Origin: Thermodesulfovibrionales bacterium
GTDB taxonomy: Bacteria; Nitrospirota; Thermodesulfovibrionia; Thermodesulfovibrionales; CALJEL01
Assembly: GCA_041082235.1 (NCBI GenBank)
Contig: JBDOIG010000079.1
Coordinates: 5,860 to 69,859, forward strand
Reading direction: 5' to 3'
Length of the DNA: 64,000 bases
The notes beneath the pieces were generated by a model that made no database searches, was not told where the DNA came from, and saw nothing but the letters and a program-made list of their open reading frames with translations. Position numbers and translations under genes: made by a program. The number at the start of each line of letters is the position of its first letter. The first letter of the stretch is position 1. Positions 60,217 to 64,000 of this stretch are shown in pieces.

Positions 60217-60225
60217 TGTATAATA
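60217..60225. promoter_or_regulatory. Overlapping divergent extended -10 elements (TGtATAAT on +, TGaTATTAT on -)
   Basis: Plus strand: TATAAT at 60219-60224, 7 nt before ATG 60232. Minus strand: TATTAT at 60225-60220, 5 nt before ATG 60214. Neither ATG has an SD. Confidence 0.35.
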
Positions 60226-60231
60226 TCAAAA

Positions 60232-60660
60232 ATGCTCAGGATAGCTGTTATAGATGGTCAGGGTGGTGGTATTGGTTCCCTTATTGTGAAGAGGCTGAGG
60301 GAGGAGTTTGCAGAGACAGTGGAGATAATTGCCCTTGGCACAAATTCCGCCGCTACCAGCCAGATGATGAAGGCAAAGGCAAATAAGGGAGCTACTGGAG
60401 AAAATGCTATTGTCTATAATTCTCAGAGAGTTGATCTTATAATTGGCACCATGAGTATAATTATTGGAAATGGCATGCTGGGAGAATTAACGCCTGCAAT
60501 GGCTACAGCAATCTCCACTGCAGGTTGTCCAAAGTTTTTGCTGCCATTGAATCAGGAGCAGGTGCATATAGTGGGTGTTAAAAAAGAGCCACTTCCCCAC
60601 CTTGTAGAAGAGCTAATAGGACTGGTGAAGGAATACAAAAGGGATATAGAAAAAATTTAA
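60232..60660 (+). CDS. DUF3842-like protein
   Basis: 142 aa. MLRIAVIDGQGGGIGSLIVKRL...ALGTNSAATSQMMKA...GENAIV matches my recollection of the DUF3842 family. Confidence 0.55.
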   Translation: MLRIAVIDGQGGGIGSLIVKRLREEFAETVEIIALGTNSAATSQMMKAKANKGATGENAIVYNSQRVDLIIGTMSIIIGNGMLGELTPAMATAISTAGCPKFLLPLNQEQVHIVGVKKEPLPHLVEELIGLVKEYKRDIEKI

Positions 60661-60678
60661 TCTGTTGGAGGTGTAAGC

Positions 60679-60870
60679 ATGTGTGAGGCAAATGCCTATG
60701 TATATGAAGATGGCAAAGAGATACTTTTTCTTGAGGGAGTTGATATCCTGATACCAGAAGGTGATAGGTTATTTCTCAGGAATCTTTTCGGAGAACAGAA
60801 GACCTTTGAGGGCAGGATAAGGGAGATTTCTCTCATAAAACACAAGATCGTCCTCGAAAGACTGAAATGA
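60679..60870 (+). CDS. cooT: CooT-family small nickel-binding protein
   Basis: 63 aa. N-terminal MCEANAYV (Cys2) and ...FGEQKTFEGRIREISLIKHKIVLE are typical of the CooT/PF10133 family. SD ggaggtg. Confidence 0.7.
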   Translation: MCEANAYVYEDGKEILFLEGVDILIPEGDRLFLRNLFGEQKTFEGRIREISLIKHKIVLERLK

Positions 60871-61655
60871 CAGAGAAGGTCTGGAGGCTTATTGATACAG
60901 GACCGGAAGATGCAGATTTTAATATGGCGCTTGACATTGCCATTTCTGAATCTGTATGGAAAAGGATAGTTCCTCCCACCTTGAGATTTTATTCATGGAA
61001 TAGGCCATCACTGAGCCTGGGATATTTTCAGACTCCAAGGGGTATTTCCTTTAAATCCTGCTCCTTTCTTGATATTCCTGTGGTAAAGAGGCCAACAGGT
61101 GGAAGGGCAATCTTACACGGGAGGGAACTTACTTATAGCTTTTCTTCTAGTTATAATGATTTCTTCAAAGAGGCAGGACTCTTTGAAACATACAGGATCA
61201 TTTCCATGTGTTTTGTTGAGGCCTTAAGGAGTTTCAATCTACCAGTGACCATGGAAGATAGAAGAAATGCAAGATACGGCCATAATCCTTTATGTTTTCT
61301 CTCAAGCTCTTATGGTGAGGTCATCCTCTGGAATAAAAAGATCCTTGGCAGCGCCCAGAGGAGATTAAAAGAGGGTTTTCTTCAGCAAGGAAGTATGCCA
61401 TATTATATAGAAAGAGAGATTATAAAAAGGGTATTTAATTATTCAGATTCTGCAATTGCGTTGTCCGGACTTTTTGAGTTACTCAAAGAGCAGGGGATGG
61501 ATACAATAATAGATGAGGATAGCTTAAAAAGTATAATCATAAGGACCTTTGAAAGAAGGTTTAACATTAAATTTATTAAAGAAAGACCTTCAGAAGCTGA
61601 AATAAAAAGGGCAGAAGAAATCAGGGATTCCTTATTAGTTATAACTGGTGAATAG
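60867..61655 (+). CDS. Lipoate-protein ligase / octanoyltransferase family protein (LplA/LipM-like catalytic domain only)
   Basis: LRFYSWNRPSLSLGYFQ, VKRPTGGRAILHG, PLCF and KKILGSAQRR (catalytic Lys context). The start overlaps the cooT stop (ATGA). Confidence 0.75.
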   Translation: MTEKVWRLIDTGPEDADFNMALDIAISESVWKRIVPPTLRFYSWNRPSLSLGYFQTPRGISFKSCSFLDIPVVKRPTGGRAILHGRELTYSFSSSYNDFFKEAGLFETYRIISMCFVEALRSFNLPVTMEDRRNARYGHNPLCFLSSSYGEVILWNKKILGSAQRRLKEGFLQQGSMPYYIEREIIKRVFNYSDSAIALSGLFELLKEQGMDTIIDEDSLKSIIIRTFERRFNIKFIKERPSEAEIKRAEEIRDSLLVITGE

Positions 61656-61709
61656 GATTTTTCTTCACCCCGTCACCAATTCACCAAAAGAATTCACTAA
61701 ACCCTTAAC

Positions 61710-62588
61710 TCACTTGTCTTTCAACTGAACATTAAATAGATATACAAAGGCAGAGGAAAGAATAGAGAGATTTATATAAATCTGGATAATTGAGAGGATG
61801 AGCTGATAGAGGGCAAGGCTTGAAAGGCTTTTAAAAAAAGTCCCCAGCAATCCAAAAGAGATGGTAAGTATTATTGCCCCGATGCTTAAGAGACTGTAAA
61901 AGACAAGGGCATCAGGCTTGCCCATAACAAAGTTAAAAGAATCTTTCAGGGCTGAAATGGTCTTCTCCTCCTTTAAAATCATAAAACCAGCCGCATAAGT
62001 AAAGATTGCCATAGAGAATATTACTGCACCAAGTGAAAGCAGTATTGACAGGAGGTTTAAAAAGTTCCTTAAAAAATCCCTTAAAAGCTCCCCACTGATT
62101 GAAGTAGCCACCTTTGTAAGACCACTAAAAAGTCCTGCTAAAAAAGATATCATGATGAGCATAAGGAGTCCAGAGATTGATAACAGAAGGAATCTTTTAA
62201 ATAGTCCCTTCCCGAGGCTTGTAAAAAGTCTCCATGAGTAATTCTCTCTGCCACTGATGAAATACATAATTACACCTGACGTACCTGCAATGGCATATAT
62301 GAAAATAATTGATGCGATGATGATATAAATAAACAGACTGAGGATCACTGTGATTACAATGGTAAGATAGGCAGAAAGTTCTCCTTCTTTAAATATCAGT
62401 TCTATTAGCCCTTTAAATCCATTTTCAGGGAATTCAATTCCTGTTTTTGTAAATACTATGATGAGAGGTACTCCCACAATCAGGATAAACAGGAAAAAGG
62501 CTAATATCAGGGCACCTATCTGAACAAAAAGGAGCTGATAATTTTTGTTGATGCTGTCAATGCCTTGTTTTAATGCTTCTCTGTATCT
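61710..62588 (-). CDS. Polytopic membrane protein, unknown function
   Basis: About 6-7 TM segments. I prefer ATG 62588 (MRYREALKQG..) because the track's TTG 62648 extension lies in the GCAGCAG repeat. Confidence 0.5.
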   Translation of the reverse strand, partial: RYREALKQGIDSINKNYQLLFVQIGALILAFFLFILIVGVPLIIVFTKTGIEFPENGFKGLIELIFKEGELSAYLTIVITVILSLFIYIIIASIIFIYAIAGTSGVIMYFISGRENYSWRLFTSLGKGLFKRFLLLSISGLLMLIMISFLAGLFSGLTKVATSISGELLRDFLRNFLNLLSILLSLGAVIFSMAIFTYAAGFMILKEEKTISALKDSFNFVMGKPDALVFYSLLSIGAIILTISFGLLGTFFKSLSSLALYQLILSIIQIYINLSILSSAFVYLFNVQLKDK

Positions 62589-62600
62589 CATACTCCCTTT

Positions 62601-62684
62601 TAGAGCAGCAGTGCAGCAGTTAAATTTAAGGAAAGATAATCTACTCAATGCTAAGAACTACTGCTCTGTTGCTCTCCTGCTCTA
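62601..62684. repeat. GCAGCAG-armed imperfect hairpin repeat, copy 2
   Basis: tagagcagcagtgcagcagtt...aagga...actactgctctgttgctctcctgctcta. The outer 8 bp tagagcag/ctgctcta pair perfectly. Confidence 0.55.
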
Positions 62685-63791
62685 TTTGTTGTATTTTTTA
62701 ATTATATTATAAAAGCTGTCCCTTTCTACAGGTACCCTGCCAGCCTTTCTTATCAGAACAATAATTTCTTCTACTGATAGGGACTGAGGGGTAGTTACAC
62801 CTGCCTCATGGGATATCTTTTCCTCCATAACCGTTCCTTCAAGGTCATCAGCACCCCAAAGAAGTGCCATCTGTGCAAGCCTTTCACCAAGCATTATCCA
62901 GTATGCCTTTATATGATCAAAATTATCAAGCACAAGTCTGCTTATTGCAATAGTCTTGAGGTCATCAATAGCGCTTCTTTTATTCTCATTCCCAATATAA
63001 GGTAGCGGGATGAAGGCCTGAAATCCTCCTGTCCTGTCCTGGAGGGCTCGGAGCCTGAGTAGATGCTCTACCCTGTGCTCAAGGCCTTCCGCATGACCAT
63101 AAAGCATAGTTGCGTTTGATCTTATACCCATCCTGTGTGCAATCTCCATTATCTCAAGCCATCTTTTTGATGATATCTTCTGGGGACAGAGGATTCCCCT
63201 CACCCTTTCATCAAATATCTCTGCACCGCCACCTGGCATGAGGTCAAGCCCTTTTTCTTTTAGTATTTCAAGGACTTTTTGAATTGAAAGACCGGATATC
63301 TTTGAGAAATGGTCTATTTCAGTAGCAGTATAGGCCTTTATCTTTAGAAAAGGAAAGGACTCTTTTATTGAAGAGATTATGTTTACATAATGCTCAAATC
63401 TCCAGTCTGGATGAAGCCCCCCAACAATGTGCACCTCTTGGAAACTTTTGCCTTCTGATAGATGAGAGCTTATCTTATTGAGAATTTGCTCTATGGTAAG
63501 TTCAAAGGCGCCGGCCTCACCTTTTGAGCGACTGAAAGCACAGAACCGGCATCTATTTATACAGAGGTTTGTGGGATTTATGTGCATATTTCTTATAAAA
63601 AAGGCATAATTACCATTCCTTGAGATGGCCACCTCACTGGCAATCCTTCCAAGATTGAAGATGTCATCATCCATATACAGGGTCAGGGCATCCTCTCTGG
63701 AGAGTCTCCTTCCCGCAGCCCAAAGAATCCCCTTGATCCCCTGGGTCTCCCTATGGCTCCGTGCAGATTCCTTAATCGATGATAAAGACAT
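62682..63791 (-). CDS. Radical SAM menaquinone (futalosine pathway) enzyme, MqnE/MqnC family
   Basis: 369 aa. NPTNLCINRCRFCAFSR (CxxxCxxC), and GGLHPDW, MLYGHAE and GGFQAFIPL are typical of the MqnE/MqnC/CofH group. The exact member is not resolved. Confidence 0.65.
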   Translation of the reverse strand: MSLSSIKESARSHRETQGIKGILWAAGRRLSREDALTLYMDDDIFNLGRIASEVAISRNGNYAFFIRNMHINPTNLCINRCRFCAFSRSKGEAGAFELTIEQILNKISSHLSEGKSFQEVHIVGGLHPDWRFEHYVNIISSIKESFPFLKIKAYTATEIDHFSKISGLSIQKVLEILKEKGLDLMPGGGAEIFDERVRGILCPQKISSKRWLEIMEIAHRMGIRSNATMLYGHAEGLEHRVEHLLRLRALQDRTGGFQAFIPLPYIGNENKRSAIDDLKTIAISRLVLDNFDHIKAYWIMLGERLAQMALLWGADDLEGTVMEEKISHEAGVTTPQSLSVEEIIVLIRKAGRVPVERDSFYNIIKKYNK

Positions 63792-63932
63792 GGAAAATTA
63801 TAACATGAATATATGAATATCTGTAATCTATCCAGAATAAATCTTATTAGGGCATTCAAATTACTGACCCCCAGATTTGCTATTAGAAACATTTCCTGAT
63901 TAGCGGGGTATGCCTCAAGGCCTTTATAAAGC

Positions 63933-64000
63933 TCAAAGGGGCCTTTGCCCCTTTGAAACCCGAGAAAATAAATTTTTAATTTTTAAAATATAAGGGGAGC
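63933..64000 (-). repeat. Composite double-hairpin repeat, copy D (truncated by window end)
   Basis: tcaaaggggc-cttt-gcccctttga hairpin (63933-63956). The reverse complement of 63957-64000 (cttatattttaaaaattaaaaatttattttctcgggttt) aligns with 39494-39533. Confidence 0.7.

Overview
All calls come from reading the sequence and ORF track and recognising motifs; no database search was run. The window looks like core chromosome of an AT-rich (about 40% GC by eye) anaerobe-type bacterium. The lineage guess is weak, based only on gene content: futalosine menaquinone genes, cobA-hemD fusion, RACo/CooC, sigma54 regulators.

Gene content in order:
- mnmE (partial), a LysR regulator, a ChaN-PDZ protein, a repeat-rich OmpA protein, ArsR and lnt.
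- prfB with its classic +1 frameshift site, then dnaA-dnaN-gyrB-gyrA with no recF.
- An SSF transporter and a complete nuo operon (A, B, C, D, fused EF, G to N).
- Housekeeping genes: dGTPase-like, mqnB, hfq, NUDIX, hisI and HIT.
- A RACo-ferredoxin/CooC locus and two sensor kinase/sigma54 response-regulator pairs.
- pfk-fba, a ccsA-hemA-hemC-cobA/hemD heme cluster, and a MobB-like/DUF3842/CooT/LplA-like cluster.

I found no rRNA, tRNA, CRISPR, transposase, integrase or phage genes.

The most unusual content is a set of short structured repeat families, not a gene cluster:
1. About 10 copies of a CCCCAAAAAA-loop-TTTTTTGGGG palindrome. Seven copies sit in-frame inside unrelated conserved genes and each is translated to a PKK..FLG-like peptide.
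2. Four copies of a 77-90 bp hairpin / AT-palindrome / hairpin composite. One splits the nuo operon, one supplies the last codons and stop of a gene, and one lies in the putative oriC region.
3. Two copies of a GCAGCAG-armed hairpin.
4. A recurrent ATGCCTCAAG intergenic motif.

Candidate under-described gene modules are adenosine-kinase/YjbQ/PD-(D/E)XK-like and MobB-like/DUF3842/CooT/LplA-like.
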